From positions 161,710-225,709 of the forward strand of contig JACPTS010000001.1 in the NCBI GenBank assembly GCA_016192685.1: DNA of 64,000 nt. Reading direction: 5' to 3'. Positions within the stretch are counted from its first letter, which is position 1. Each line of letters opens with the position of its first letter. Shown here piece after piece: positions 1 to 10,436 of this stretch. The DNA comes from Candidatus Harrisonbacteria bacterium (GTDB lineage: Bacteria > Patescibacteriota > Minisyncoccia > UBA6257 > 02-FULL-45-10c). Under the pieces are notes generated by a model that saw only the letters and a list, made by a program, of their open reading frames with translations, was not told where the DNA came from and did not search any database. A program made the translations under genes and the position numbers.

Positions 1-174
1 CAATTTTAATTTACCGATTGTCTGCCGGCTTTTCAGTGAAGTTTTATCCGCCGTCATAATCAAAATTTCTAAAATAAAATCTTTATTTTCATCCATCAAA
101 ATTTTTACCGTTTCTTCCAAAGAAAAGGTTTCGTTAATTACCGGCAAAATTATAGAAACATTTTTAGTATTCAT
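1..174 (-). CDS. GT2 family glycosyltransferase, N-terminal part (runs off window)
   Basis: ATG at 174 overlaps stop of upstream gene; reads MNTKNVSIILPVINETFSLEETV, GT2-type first beta-strand motif. Confidence 0.7.
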   Translation of the reverse strand, partial: MNTKNVSIILPVINETFSLEETVKILMDENKDFILEILIMTADKTSLKSRQTIGKLKL

Positions 175-1757
175 AGTTCATAAACAGCTAGATTACTTCC
201 GCCATAATTTCCTTCCGTCGGGAAACCGCTTACATCCAACTTTTTCAAACGCTCTATCGGATTATCAATCCCCAAAAAAGATTTATAGCGGTAAGTCAAA
301 GCAATTTCATAATCAATAATATAATTGATGTTTGATTTTTGAAAAAATTCCCATAAACGATTCTCTTTCATCGCCTCGTACGCCTGCTGATTTACCAACC
401 CATCCGCGTTCAGCACAAAACGGCCGCTGAAATATCCCATAATTCCGCTGTTAAACGACGCCATTCTCGCGTTTTCCGGCAGATGATTCCTTGCCCACAC
501 CGCCAGACGGTACATATCAGCTTGATTCGCCTGCTGGAAAAAAATATCCTTGGCGTAAAATCCGTAAGAAATTAAATAAAAAATCAGAAAAAAAACCGAA
601 ATTCGTTTTTGGTAAAAAGAAAATGGCTCTTCGCTGATCAATAGAACGGCGAATAAAATCGCGACTATCGGAAAAATGGAAAAATACCAGGGTCGGTTAG
701 ACCAACGAATTCCGCCGTGAACTAAAGCCAAAGACAAAAATCCCAAAAAGAAAATTGCAAATATAGTCCAGCCGGCTGATTTTAAAAATCCAAGACCTTT
801 TCTTTTCCATAAATAAATAACCGGACTGGCCAAAAAACCCGCGAACAACAACAGCCAGGCAGCTGATCTTGCCCACGCCTCAATCGCGTAACGCGACATC
901 GGCAAACCGATAGTCTGCAAAGAAAAAGCCAAAGCTCCGCCAAAATTATAAATTGACCAGAGAATAATCCTTGCTAAGCTGCGGCTCTTGTAAAAAAATA
1001 ATCGATGATTAATCAGGGTATAGGCCAAACCACTGGTCGGGAAAAATGAACCAAAATAAATCTTATTGTATAAAAACCACGGTCCGGCCAGCAGCGCCGC
1101 CGGCAAACAAAACCAAGTCAGCTTCTGCCAATCCGATCCTCTTTTCCAAATAATCGCCAAAACCGTAAAAGCGGCAAATAATCCGTAATCCAAACGGGCC
1201 AAAATCAAAAGTCCGGAAATTATACCCGCCAAAATAAAATTTTTATCGCTGTCTTGGCCGGAAAAAATTTCCAAACAAATTAAAATGAGCCAGCTGAAAA
1301 ATAAAAGTGATAGCGGCGTTTCCAAACCGTTTAAATAAAAAGTTAAATTCCAGGGATTCAAAACATAAGCGCCAAGCAGAATATACTGAACAATCCGATC
1401 TTTTATAAAAAAGTTTATTATTCTCCAAACAATTAATGCGGTAAAAAAATATAAAACCGCCGAAAGCCCCAAAATAACTTTAACTGCCAAAATCTTATCC
1501 GCCGGAATGAAATAATAAATCAACGCCAATAGCCCCATCCAAAGCGGATGATAGCCGTTGGTAAAATGCTCGCCGTCAAAAGTCGGCCCCAATCCCTTTG
1601 CTATATTAGAAGCGATTTTAAAATAATAAAAAGCGTCGTCAATAACAAAATAAGACAATATCTTTTCTATCGGCAAAAAAACCGTAGAAAAATAGGCCGC
1701 GAAAAGCAAGAATAAAAACATCGCGAAGATTTTATTTTCTTTCAAAAGCTGGACCAT
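171..1757 (-). CDS. Multi-pass membrane GT-C-like glycosyltransferase
   Basis: 528 aa, many TM segments, DDAFYYFKIA acidic motif after TM1, LARLD motif. Confidence 0.7.
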   Translation of the reverse strand: MVQLLKENKIFAMFLFLLFAAYFSTVFLPIEKILSYFVIDDAFYYFKIASNIAKGLGPTFDGEHFTNGYHPLWMGLLALIYYFIPADKILAVKVILGLSAVLYFFTALIVWRIINFFIKDRIVQYILLGAYVLNPWNLTFYLNGLETPLSLLFFSWLILICLEIFSGQDSDKNFILAGIISGLLILARLDYGLFAAFTVLAIIWKRGSDWQKLTWFCLPAALLAGPWFLYNKIYFGSFFPTSGLAYTLINHRLFFYKSRSLARIILWSIYNFGGALAFSLQTIGLPMSRYAIEAWARSAAWLLLFAGFLASPVIYLWKRKGLGFLKSAGWTIFAIFFLGFLSLALVHGGIRWSNRPWYFSIFPIVAILFAVLLISEEPFSFYQKRISVFFLIFYLISYGFYAKDIFFQQANQADMYRLAVWARNHLPENARMASFNSGIMGYFSGRFVLNADGLVNQQAYEAMKENRLWEFFQKSNINYIIDYEIALTYRYKSFLGIDNPIERLKKLDVSGFPTEGNYGGSNLAVYEL

Positions 1758-1838
1758 AATACGGACAATAAATTTATTTTACCTCCGAATCGGTTAAAAA
1801 TAAACCCGAAACCCGACATTTCTGTTATATTGTATATC

Positions 1839-3305
1839 ATGAAAGCTTGTTTATTTTTGCACAGAAGATACACCCAAATCGGCCACGCGCTGGCTGTTAA
1901 TCTTAAAAAATTGGGGGTTGCGGAATTTTGCGCCTACGTCAGTTTCCGTCCTCCTTACGATTTTTTGATTTCCCAAAAAGACATCAAATATACCGCCTTG
2001 CTTTTAGACCAAGACTTGCAAAACCAATCCGAAAAAGAAATTTTAGATCCGGAATTTCTTAAAAATCTGGAAAAAAAATACGGGATTCCCAACCTTTGGC
2101 CGTATCTTTACAACGATCGGACAATAATGATGGGAGTTCCGCCGCGAGAATACCAATGGAGCCCCAAACCGCCGTTTTCCCACGAGAAAATGATGAAAGC
2201 CATTCAGGCGCGGGCAAAAGCCATTATTGCGATGCTGGAAAAAGAAAAGCCTAATTTTATTTTTATGGCAGTAGTCAACAATTTGGGGCCGACCCTTCTT
2301 TATCACATCGCCAAAAAAATGGGCATCCGGACTATCTTGTTAAGCCCGACTCGGATTGGCATAAGACAAAATTTAAGCGATGATTATAAAACTTTTACCG
2401 AAACCAATAAAATTTTTGAGGATTATCAAAATGGCATCCGCAAAAATAATCACCGCGAAGAAGCCATAAAATTTCTTGAAACCTTTCGTGCCAATCCCAG
2501 CCCGTATTTTAAAAGATATATTCCCCAATACGGTTATACAAAAATATTCAAATCATTTTTCTGGCTGATTAAAAGCAATCTGAAATATATTTTTAAAAAA
2601 AATAAAGGCTTTGACGATGAAATTCCCTGGCTAACCTTCTGGAATAAGACCCAAATAAAAATGCGGAATCTTTACGGTTTCAGCGATTTTTATTCCGAAC
2701 CAAATTATGAAGAAGATTATGCTTTTTACACTCTGCATGAAGAACCGGAAATGGCCACGCTGCTTTTTGCTCCGCATTATACTGATCAAATACACGTCAT
2801 TAAGCAGATTGCCCGTTCTTTGCCGTTACATTACAAGCTCTATGTAAAAGAACATCCTTATATGGTCGGTTACCGGCCAAGGGCTTACTATAAAGAATTA
2901 TTAAAAATTCCCAATGTCTGCCTTATTAATCCGAACCTAAAAAGTTTTAAACTTACAAGCAACGCCAAAATAGTCTTTGGAATTACCGCTACCGCGAATT
3001 GGGAAGCAATTCTTCTTAAAAAACCGGCTATCAGTTTCGGCGAGGCATTTTACAATAAACTTTCCATGATAAAACGCTGCTCAAGCTATGAAAATCTCCC
3101 CCTTTTAACAAAACAACAGCTTGAAAATTTCCAACACAACGAAGAGGAGCTGATAAACTTTGTTTCCGCTATTCTGGAAGATTCAGTGGAAGCTGATATT
3201 GTTAATCTTTGGGAAGGGCCGATGATAACCAATGAAGAAATGTATGAAAACGAAGGAATCGTCAAACTGGCCGCCTTTTTGGCAAAATATTTAAAAATTT
3301 CCTAA
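1839..3305 (+). CDS. Capsule polysaccharide biosynthesis (KpsS-like/GT-B) protein
   Basis: LHEEPE and VKEHP motifs; ATG 1839 preferred over TTG 1830. Confidence 0.6.
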   Translation: MKACLFLHRRYTQIGHALAVNLKKLGVAEFCAYVSFRPPYDFLISQKDIKYTALLLDQDLQNQSEKEILDPEFLKNLEKKYGIPNLWPYLYNDRTIMMGVPPREYQWSPKPPFSHEKMMKAIQARAKAIIAMLEKEKPNFIFMAVVNNLGPTLLYHIAKKMGIRTILLSPTRIGIRQNLSDDYKTFTETNKIFEDYQNGIRKNNHREEAIKFLETFRANPSPYFKRYIPQYGYTKIFKSFFWLIKSNLKYIFKKNKGFDDEIPWLTFWNKTQIKMRNLYGFSDFYSEPNYEEDYAFYTLHEEPEMATLLFAPHYTDQIHVIKQIARSLPLHYKLYVKEHPYMVGYRPRAYYKELLKIPNVCLINPNLKSFKLTSNAKIVFGITATANWEAILLKKPAISFGEAFYNKLSMIKRCSSYENLPLLTKQQLENFQHNEEELINFVSAILEDSVEADIVNLWEGPMITNEEMYENEGIVKLAAFLAKYLKIS

Positions 3306-4023
3306 TTCTATCCAGCGCGATAAATCTTCTGCTTTTAAACACATAAGTGTATTCCTCCCCCTCGCGGCTGCCGAAAAACATTTTAAAATTAGCTACATTA
3401 GCTTTCTGGGGAGTTGAATAATTAATGGAACCTAATCCGACAAATTCATATCCTTTTTCTTTGGCATATTTACAAATCTCAAAAATCAATCTTCTGGTAG
3501 CCGAACCGATAAGCTTATAAAGCTCTTTATTTCTCTCGCCCATTCCCATTCTTTTTGAACACATAGCTCTTACCTGAAGATAAGGAAATAAATCGTAGCA
3601 AGGCACGGAGGCAATCAACTCATCTTTATAATAAGCATTAAAAAGCAAGGTGTTTTGAAAACTGTCTATTTTCCAGGGCTTTCTCCCCTGCGCCCGCTCA
3701 AATTCTTTATAAAGATTATAAGTTTTTTTTAAATCATCGTTGGCAAGCCGGAATTCAAGATTGGAAATCTTGTAAGTCCCCAAAACCTCCTGCCTGGTTC
3801 TTCTCGCGAATCTGTCTAAAATTTCCTCAATTGTCCCGCCTAAATGAATATTGGCCAGTTTTTTACGCACCAAGCCATAACCTTCTTTTTCCAGGCTTAA
3901 ATCATTATAAGAAATTACGGTTATATAATCGTATTTATTCTTATCAAGCAATTCCCTAAGATTTTCTCCTTGATATAAAACCCTCAAAGAATGCAGAAAA
4001 AATTTGTTTTTTTTAAAAATCAT
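3262..4023 (-). CDS. FemAB/GNAT-like acyltransferase
   Basis: 253 aa; 'ICKYAKEKGYEFVGLGS...NFKMFFG' resembles FemAB C-terminus. Confidence 0.5.
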   Translation of the reverse strand: MIFKKNKFFLHSLRVLYQGENLRELLDKNKYDYITVISYNDLSLEKEGYGLVRKKLANIHLGGTIEEILDRFARRTRQEVLGTYKISNLEFRLANDDLKKTYNLYKEFERAQGRKPWKIDSFQNTLLFNAYYKDELIASVPCYDLFPYLQVRAMCSKRMGMGERNKELYKLIGSATRRLIFEICKYAKEKGYEFVGLGSINYSTPQKANVANFKMFFGSREGEEYTYVFKSRRFIALDRIRKFLNILPKRRPV

Positions 4024-5870
4024 TTTTGAGCGATATAAATCGGAAATTTATCCAAAAAAGCCAGCGCGAATTCCGGCGCGATTAATAATTTTCTTCCGTT
4101 CCCGATTATTTTAACATCTTTAAAACCCGATCTCAAAAGAGATTTCTTTTCTCCCCAAAGATTATTATAATATTGGGTTACTTTTCCAAAATCATACCTC
4201 TCAATTCTCCAGTGCGGACCGATTTTTAATCTGCCGATATTATTCAAAAATATCCTCCGGCTGGTTTTTGTTCTGGGGATGCAAAGACCGTTGTGGCTGG
4301 AATAAATTAAAACTCCGCCGGGCCTCAAAACTCTCTTCATTTCTTTTATGGCATTTTCCCTTTCTTCCAAAGAAGGCAGATTATCTATTCCATTGAACGA
4401 AAAAAATACGGCATCAAAACTATTGTCTTTAAAATCCAGCTTTCTGGCGTCCATCGCCCTGAAATCAATGCTTGGATAGTCTTTTTGGGCTTGCTCAATT
4501 AAAGGGAGAGAAATATCAACGCCAATAACCCCGCACCCGTTTTTAAAAATATAATAAGTAGTCCTGCCGGCTCCGCATCCGACATCCAATACCCGGGAAC
4601 CGGCCGGCATATATTTTTTAATTACATATTCTTCGCCCGGACGCAAATATTTTTTTGAATATTCCTTAACTGAAAGTTCGGAAGAAAAAGAACGGGTATT
4701 TTCCAGGCCGATTTCAGTTATCTGATTTTTGGAAATTCGTTCAATAAAAGCCAGAATGCTTTCCACTCTTTTTTGCCAGGTATATTTTTTAACATCAATC
4801 AAAGCTTGGGCAACAAGGCCTTCTGAAAAATCGCGGTTTTCAAAAATTTTGATTATAGCCGCGGCCAGATCTGATGGACTGTTCGGAGAAATTAATACGG
4901 AATTATGATTATTAAAAATCTCTTTGAGCGAGGGTAAATTAGTGGTAATAATCGGCCGGCCGGAAGCCATATATTCAAAAACTTTAAGCGGCGACATATA
5001 AAAATTATAATGTTCGTTTTCCGGAAAAGGGGCGATCAAAACATCAAAGGCCCTTAAATATAACGGAATCAAATCGTGTTTTACCATGCCGACAAAAATA
5101 ATTCTGTCTTCTAAATTTCTTGTTTTGGCCTCATTTTTATAAAATTTTATGTCGTCTTCGTGACCTCCCACTAAAACCATAAGAATATCCCGGTGATTTC
5201 TTAAATCAGCAAGAGCCCCAATAGCCGTATCAATGCCTTTTTCCATACCCAAAGTTTTTAACATTCCCGCGTAACCGATGATTTTTTTATCCAATGGCAG
5301 ATTTAATTTCTTTCGGCATTCATCCTTGGTCAAATTAATATTAAATTTTTCCAAATCCACCGCATCAGGCGCAACCAAAATCTTATCAGGAGCTATTCCC
5401 AATTTTACCAATCGCTCTTTTATAAAACTGGTTAAAACAACCAGAGCCTTGGCGCGTCTCATAACCAGCAAATAAAAATTACCGGCGCCCCTGGACAAAG
5501 AATGAACCTCTAAAACAACGCCGCTAAAAAATATCCCGGCGGCCGGCTCTCTGGAATAAAGCAAGTCGTAGTTGGAGAATAAAAGTCTTAATCTGGAAAT
5601 CAATAAAAAACTGTATAGCTGTATAAAAAACGCTATCCGGCTGCCCATAAACCATGGGAAAAGATCCAGACAAAATATTTTTTTTATTAAAAAATTTTTC
5701 TTTATTCCATAATGGTCAAAAGGGTCCTGTTCTTTCTCTATTCTCCTGGGAACCCAAAGCTCAACTTCACAGCCATTTTCCGCGAAAGCCGAGCACATCT
5801 GCATCACTTGAAAACCATGCGCCAAATTGGTGGGCAATCTTGAATTAGAAATATAAATCAGCTTTTTCAT
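4020..5870 (-). CDS. GT4 glycosyltransferase fused to class I SAM methyltransferase
   Basis: SPLKVFEYMASG (GT4) then VLDVGCGAG (MTase motif I) in one 616-aa ORF. Confidence 0.85.
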   Translation of the reverse strand: MKKLIYISNSRLPTNLAHGFQVMQMCSAFAENGCEVELWVPRRIEKEQDPFDHYGIKKNFLIKKIFCLDLFPWFMGSRIAFFIQLYSFLLISRLRLLFSNYDLLYSREPAAGIFFSGVVLEVHSLSRGAGNFYLLVMRRAKALVVLTSFIKERLVKLGIAPDKILVAPDAVDLEKFNINLTKDECRKKLNLPLDKKIIGYAGMLKTLGMEKGIDTAIGALADLRNHRDILMVLVGGHEDDIKFYKNEAKTRNLEDRIIFVGMVKHDLIPLYLRAFDVLIAPFPENEHYNFYMSPLKVFEYMASGRPIITTNLPSLKEIFNNHNSVLISPNSPSDLAAAIIKIFENRDFSEGLVAQALIDVKKYTWQKRVESILAFIERISKNQITEIGLENTRSFSSELSVKEYSKKYLRPGEEYVIKKYMPAGSRVLDVGCGAGRTTYYIFKNGCGVIGVDISLPLIEQAQKDYPSIDFRAMDARKLDFKDNSFDAVFFSFNGIDNLPSLEERENAIKEMKRVLRPGGVLIYSSHNGLCIPRTKTSRRIFLNNIGRLKIGPHWRIERYDFGKVTQYYNNLWGEKKSLLRSGFKDVKIIGNGRKLLIAPEFALAFLDKFPIYIAQK

Positions 5871-5903
5871 ATCTATTTAACCATCCTGAAAGATGAGTGG
5901 TTT

Positions 5904-6695
5904 TTATGCCCAATTAAACGGTTCTAAATAAAACCACCGCATCCTCGCAGACTGTCCCGCCGCCAGACTGTCGTGTCTTCCTTCGTCCATACTATTAAAA
6001 ATAAAATATTTTTTAAAAAAAACATTATAAAGTTTAGGCAGAATCATTGGAAAATCCTCAAGCATCCTTTTTCTTTCCCATATTTCAGTGATTTTATGGG
6101 TATTTTTAAAACGGCCTTGAATCATGTCTCCAATTCCATCAAATACGCAACAATCATGTATCTCAACTATTATATGGCAGGTATTGAGTTTTGGAATTAT
6201 AAAATTATCCAAAAGAATTGCTTCCGCTCCCTCTATATCCATGATAATCAAACATTTTTTATTATTCGGTATGCTTTCGGTTAAAGACTTGGCGTCGCAC
6301 AATCCATAAACTTTTATCCTATCAAAGACACCATTGATTCTGGCCATTTTCTCTATGGAATCCCTGCCATTTTTATCCGCCTCAAAAGCAATAATTCCGG
6401 CCTTAGGATTTTTCATAGCCATGCCAACGGCATAATATCCTTCCGCCGCCCCGACATCAATAATAACCTCAAATGATTTTTCAAATGTCTTTCTTATTGT
6501 CGGAGCTATTTCCAATTCATAGGTTCCCAGAAGCTTTGGCAGAAAACGGCTTCCTACGCTCTCATCAACATACTTCATGCCCAAAAAGGGGCCTGAAATT
6601 ACTGTATTATTAATTTTCCGCTTAAAAAAATAGGTAACGTATTTCCGGGTGATAAATCTTTCTAAATACCGATTTAAAATACGAAATAGCTTCAT
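5904..6695 (-). CDS. FkbM-like methyltransferase
   Basis: GTYELE, IIDVGAAEGYY, MDIEGAE, VEIH motifs. Confidence 0.75.
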   Translation of the reverse strand: MKLFRILNRYLERFITRKYVTYFFKRKINNTVISGPFLGMKYVDESVGSRFLPKLLGTYELEIAPTIRKTFEKSFEVIIDVGAAEGYYAVGMAMKNPKAGIIAFEADKNGRDSIEKMARINGVFDRIKVYGLCDAKSLTESIPNNKKCLIIMDIEGAEAILLDNFIIPKLNTCHIIVEIHDCCVFDGIGDMIQGRFKNTHKITEIWERKRMLEDFPMILPKLYNVFFKKYFIFNSMDEGRHDSLAAGQSARMRWFYLEPFNWA

Positions 6696-6702
6696 TAAAA
6701 AA

Positions 6703-8466
6703 TTATTTAATTACTTTGAAAATTAAATTGTTTTCCACGGCGGCCGCTAATTCCAAAAAAGGATAATTCATAAATTCTTTCTCTAAATAGCCGTATTCGC
6801 TATCGTCCCTATCCAATAAAATATAATCAGCGGAATATTGCTTCAAAGATTTTTCAAATCCAAGTTCTCTGTAAAAATCAATTTTTTTTAAAATTCTATC
6901 AACATATTCTTTCGGAACCAATGTGCTCGGCCTGGTCTTAACCTTAAAAAGACCCAAAATCTTGTTGCGAATCACTTCATTTTGGTATCTTTCTATAAAT
7001 TTATTGGTCCAAATATTCATATTTTCTCCCTCAATATATCCGCCATCAATTCCCTTTTTGAAAAAGTTTTGCGCAATCCATCGATTTTCCAATTCATCGT
7101 CAGAAATCAGAAATCGGCCGACATCGGGATTCCAAAAAACATTGTTGGAAGTATAAATAGGAATAAACCAGCCATAATTTTTTCCAAGCGAATAAACAGC
7201 GGAATTTTTCGGGGAATTATCATTAAACCAATCCGCCACGCCGGAAAGCTTTTGCCAATCCTTCAATGCGGAAATATTCGCAGGCATTATAAACCAAGAA
7301 GAGCCGAATTCAATTCCCTTTCTCTCCCGATAAAATAAAAAGCTTAAAAGAAGCAATATTAAAATAACCGCTAAATAACTTTTAGCGTTTAAAATATTGC
7401 TTTTATAATTCTTCCAAATTATTGAAGCGCAAAAAGCGAAAATTAAGAACAAAAACAATACCACAATCGGATAATAATGCGTTGAAAAAGAAAGCGCCTT
7501 GCCAGTCAGAACATTTTGCCAATTCAATGCCGTGCCGCCCAAAACCAAACTATAAACAAAAATATTTTTTTTGTAATCGGCGCCTTTGCCAATAAAATAC
7601 CAAATCACCAAACCAGCGACGATAAGCGAAACATTAAAATAGGCAGCCGGGTAATGATTCAATAAAAATCCAAAGCGGAACCAAATATCAATATAATCAG
7701 GATATGATTCCGCTTTCTTCAAATTCAAAAAATATGGAATAACAAATAACGCGGCGGGAATGATAAAAAGCAAAAAATTCTTAAAGTGATAAACTATTCT
7801 TTTCTCCTTAATAGCTAAAAAAAGCAGGGTTAGGCAATAAACGGCCAGAATAGCCGCCCAACAATAAGGATAAATATATAAAACCGCGCTGGAAACCATA
7901 GCCAAAATAAAATTCAATATTGCCAGCTGCTTCCAAGTTTTTTCTTTATCGCTGATAATTTTCAAAACCAATAACAAACCTAAAAACAAAAAAATAAAGC
8001 TGAATTGCGGATTAATGGGCCTATTAAAATAGAAAATAAATAATAAATAATAAAAAGCGGAAAAAATACTGGCCATAACCCTAGACTCAACCAATTGCAA
8101 TATCAAAAAATAGAGAATTGCCACGCCCATAAAGGGCAATAAAAAATCATTTATCGCCGCCGCGGCCGGAACAGATAAATTAATAAATTTCGCTTCAAAA
8201 GCCAAAATAATTTCTGCCAATGACGGAGTTATGTAGGGTTCGTCTTTATGTTCTTTTAAATAAACATTTCCAAAATTATAATGACCGTCATAAGCCTCCT
8301 TAGTCATGGCTATATAATGAGTCTCGTCATTATTAAACATCGGGAAAATACCCTTAAAATCAGGTCCAATTTTGCTGATAACAGAAATGGTCGGGAAAAC
8401 AATCAATACTCCTATTGTAAAAGCAAATAAAAAAATAAAGCCGTGCTGTTTTAGGAATTGCTTCAT
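6703..8466 (-). CDS. Multi-pass membrane protein, GT-C-like
   Basis: 587 aa, DETHY acidic motif after TM1, ~11 TM, C-terminal soluble domain with DYILL. Confidence 0.55.
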   Translation of the reverse strand: MKQFLKQHGFIFLFAFTIGVLIVFPTISVISKIGPDFKGIFPMFNNDETHYIAMTKEAYDGHYNFGNVYLKEHKDEPYITPSLAEIILAFEAKFINLSVPAAAAINDFLLPFMGVAILYFLILQLVESRVMASIFSAFYYLLFIFYFNRPINPQFSFIFLFLGLLLVLKIISDKEKTWKQLAILNFILAMVSSAVLYIYPYCWAAILAVYCLTLLFLAIKEKRIVYHFKNFLLFIIPAALFVIPYFLNLKKAESYPDYIDIWFRFGFLLNHYPAAYFNVSLIVAGLVIWYFIGKGADYKKNIFVYSLVLGGTALNWQNVLTGKALSFSTHYYPIVVLFLFLIFAFCASIIWKNYKSNILNAKSYLAVILILLLLSFLFYRERKGIEFGSSWFIMPANISALKDWQKLSGVADWFNDNSPKNSAVYSLGKNYGWFIPIYTSNNVFWNPDVGRFLISDDELENRWIAQNFFKKGIDGGYIEGENMNIWTNKFIERYQNEVIRNKILGLFKVKTRPSTLVPKEYVDRILKKIDFYRELGFEKSLKQYSADYILLDRDDSEYGYLEKEFMNYPFLELAAAVENNLIFKVIK

Positions 8467-8479
8467 ACAAAAAAATATA

Positions 8480-9214
8480 TCATACGAATATCTTATGCCG
8501 CAACCAAAAATAAAATCCGCTTAGCTTAAAAACAAATTTAAATAATGAAGTATTCGCGTAGATATCCGTGCGATTATTTAAAACCCTTGCGCCTCTCTCG
8601 TTCAAAAAGGAGGTGATTAGCTGATTTCCGGCTCCTTTTGGAAAAACAAAAACATCGGGATAACTATTTTCCTTAAAATTTTCTTTAATAAAATTTTCGG
8701 ATTTTTTATACTCCAAAACAATTTCAGCCTCGGTTAATTCTGAAAAAGATTTATGGGAATAGCCATGATTGGCTATGGCCGCGCCGCTCTTTTCCAAACT
8801 CTTAAGATCCGGAAGGGAGCAAATGCTTCTCTGTTTATCTTTTTCCTTCGTGGCAAAAACAGCCTTTTTCCCCAATAAAGCCGGGTTAATAAAAACAACT
8901 GCCGGAAAATTATATTTTTTCAAAATCGGCATGGCATTTATAAATATATCTTTAAAAGCGTCATCAAAAGTGATAAGAACGTTTCTGCCTTTCAATTTTA
9001 ATAATCCGTTTTTGAAATCTAAAAAATCTTGCAAGCTTATGACTTTCGCCCCGCTTTTATCCAAAAAGGCCATCTGCTTTTCAAAGTTGCCGCTGGATAC
9101 GGAAATCGGCGTTTCTCCGTCAGAGACCGAATGGTAAATTAATACCGCCGGAGACGCAAAAAATAACTTATCTATTTTAATTAATAAAAAATTAAAAATC
9201 GGTAAAAAAATCAT
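8480..9214 (-). CDS. Polysaccharide deacetylase (NodB family)
   Basis: LIYHSV, ITFDD, NHGYSH motifs. Confidence 0.85.
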   Translation of the reverse strand: MIFLPIFNFLLIKIDKLFFASPAVLIYHSVSDGETPISVSSGNFEKQMAFLDKSGAKVISLQDFLDFKNGLLKLKGRNVLITFDDAFKDIFINAMPILKKYNFPAVVFINPALLGKKAVFATKEKDKQRSICSLPDLKSLEKSGAAIANHGYSHKSFSELTEAEIVLEYKKSENFIKENFKENSYPDVFVFPKGAGNQLITSFLNERGARVLNNRTDIYANTSLFKFVFKLSGFYFWLRHKIFV

Positions 9215-9266
9215 TTTATCAATAAAACAACTGGTTCCGAATTAAGGTTATATATAAGTATAACGC

Positions 9267-10436
9267 ATGAGAATCACTTTTTTAACAACCCAAATCAATC
9301 TTAAAACCGGAGGCGGATCTAACCTTACCCCCCATTTAAAAGCTTCCTCAATGCGAAAACTCGGCTATGAAGTAAGAATGATTACGTTTTTTCCGGAAAA
9401 AAATGCTTTTCTGGAAAAACCGCCTTATTTCGTGATAGAATCGCCGACTAAGTTCAAAAATTGGCTGATGCTCCAATTAAAAATATTTTTCGTTCTTAAA
9501 AAATACGAAAATACTTGCGATGTTTTTGCTTTTGAGGGCGAACATTTTATTTGGGGTGCCGGCCTTTATCGCTTGTTAAACGGCAAAACGCCGATTCTTT
9601 TGCATTTTAACGGCCCAATTTTTTCCATCTACGAAAATGGCACAACCTATAAAGCCGAATATCTTCCCAAAAAATCAATAAAGGCAAAAATATCGTTCTG
9701 GTTAAGAATAATATTTGAAAAAAATATCGGATTACTCTGGGCAAATAATATTGACATTTTTACCGCTGATTCTCCGTTAATTAAAAATTGGCATGAAAAT
9801 TTCGGATTTGATAAAAATAAAATTGTGGTCTTACCGGAATTCGTGGATTTAGAATCGTACTTTAAAAAATCAGCGGCTGAAAGCGCGGCCAAAAAAGATA
9901 AAATAAACCTTATCTATGTCGGAAGACTGGCTCCGGAAAAAGGCGTTGATACTCTTTTAACCGCGATAAAAGAAATGAAAAATAAAACGGATGTTTTAGT
10001 CCGCATAGTCGGCGACGGACGCCAAAAAGAAGAACTGATAAAACTCGCGCGCGAGTATAAAATAGAAAATACTGTTATTTTTTATCCATGGGCTGATAAA
10101 AAAACTCTGGCTGACTTATATCATTGTTCTGATATATTCGTGCATCCGGCGCGATGGGCCGAACCTTTTGGCGTAACTATAGTTGAAGCAATGGCCTCCG
10201 GTCTGCCCGTAATCACGCCGAAAATCAGCGGGTCATCCTGGGCTGCCGGAGAAGGGGGCCTTACGTTTGAAAACGGCGATTCCGAAGATTTAAAAAACAA
10301 AATAGAAAAATTAGTTAATGATGAAAATCTTAGAAAAAAACTGGCTGGGAAAGCGAAAAAACGGGCAGAACAATTTGATTACAGAAATTACATAAAAACA
10401 TTGGAAAATCTGATTAAAAAAATAGCGATAACTTAA
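9267..10436 (+). CDS. GT4 glycosyltransferase
   Basis: YVGRLAPEKG, EPFGVTIVEAMASG. Confidence 0.9.
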   Translation: MRITFLTTQINLKTGGGSNLTPHLKASSMRKLGYEVRMITFFPEKNAFLEKPPYFVIESPTKFKNWLMLQLKIFFVLKKYENTCDVFAFEGEHFIWGAGLYRLLNGKTPILLHFNGPIFSIYENGTTYKAEYLPKKSIKAKISFWLRIIFEKNIGLLWANNIDIFTADSPLIKNWHENFGFDKNKIVVLPEFVDLESYFKKSAAESAAKKDKINLIYVGRLAPEKGVDTLLTAIKEMKNKTDVLVRIVGDGRQKEELIKLAREYKIENTVIFYPWADKKTLADLYHCSDIFVHPARWAEPFGVTIVEAMASGLPVITPKISGSSWAAGEGGLTFENGDSEDLKNKIEKLVNDENLRKKLAGKAKKRAEQFDYRNYIKTLENLIKKIAIT

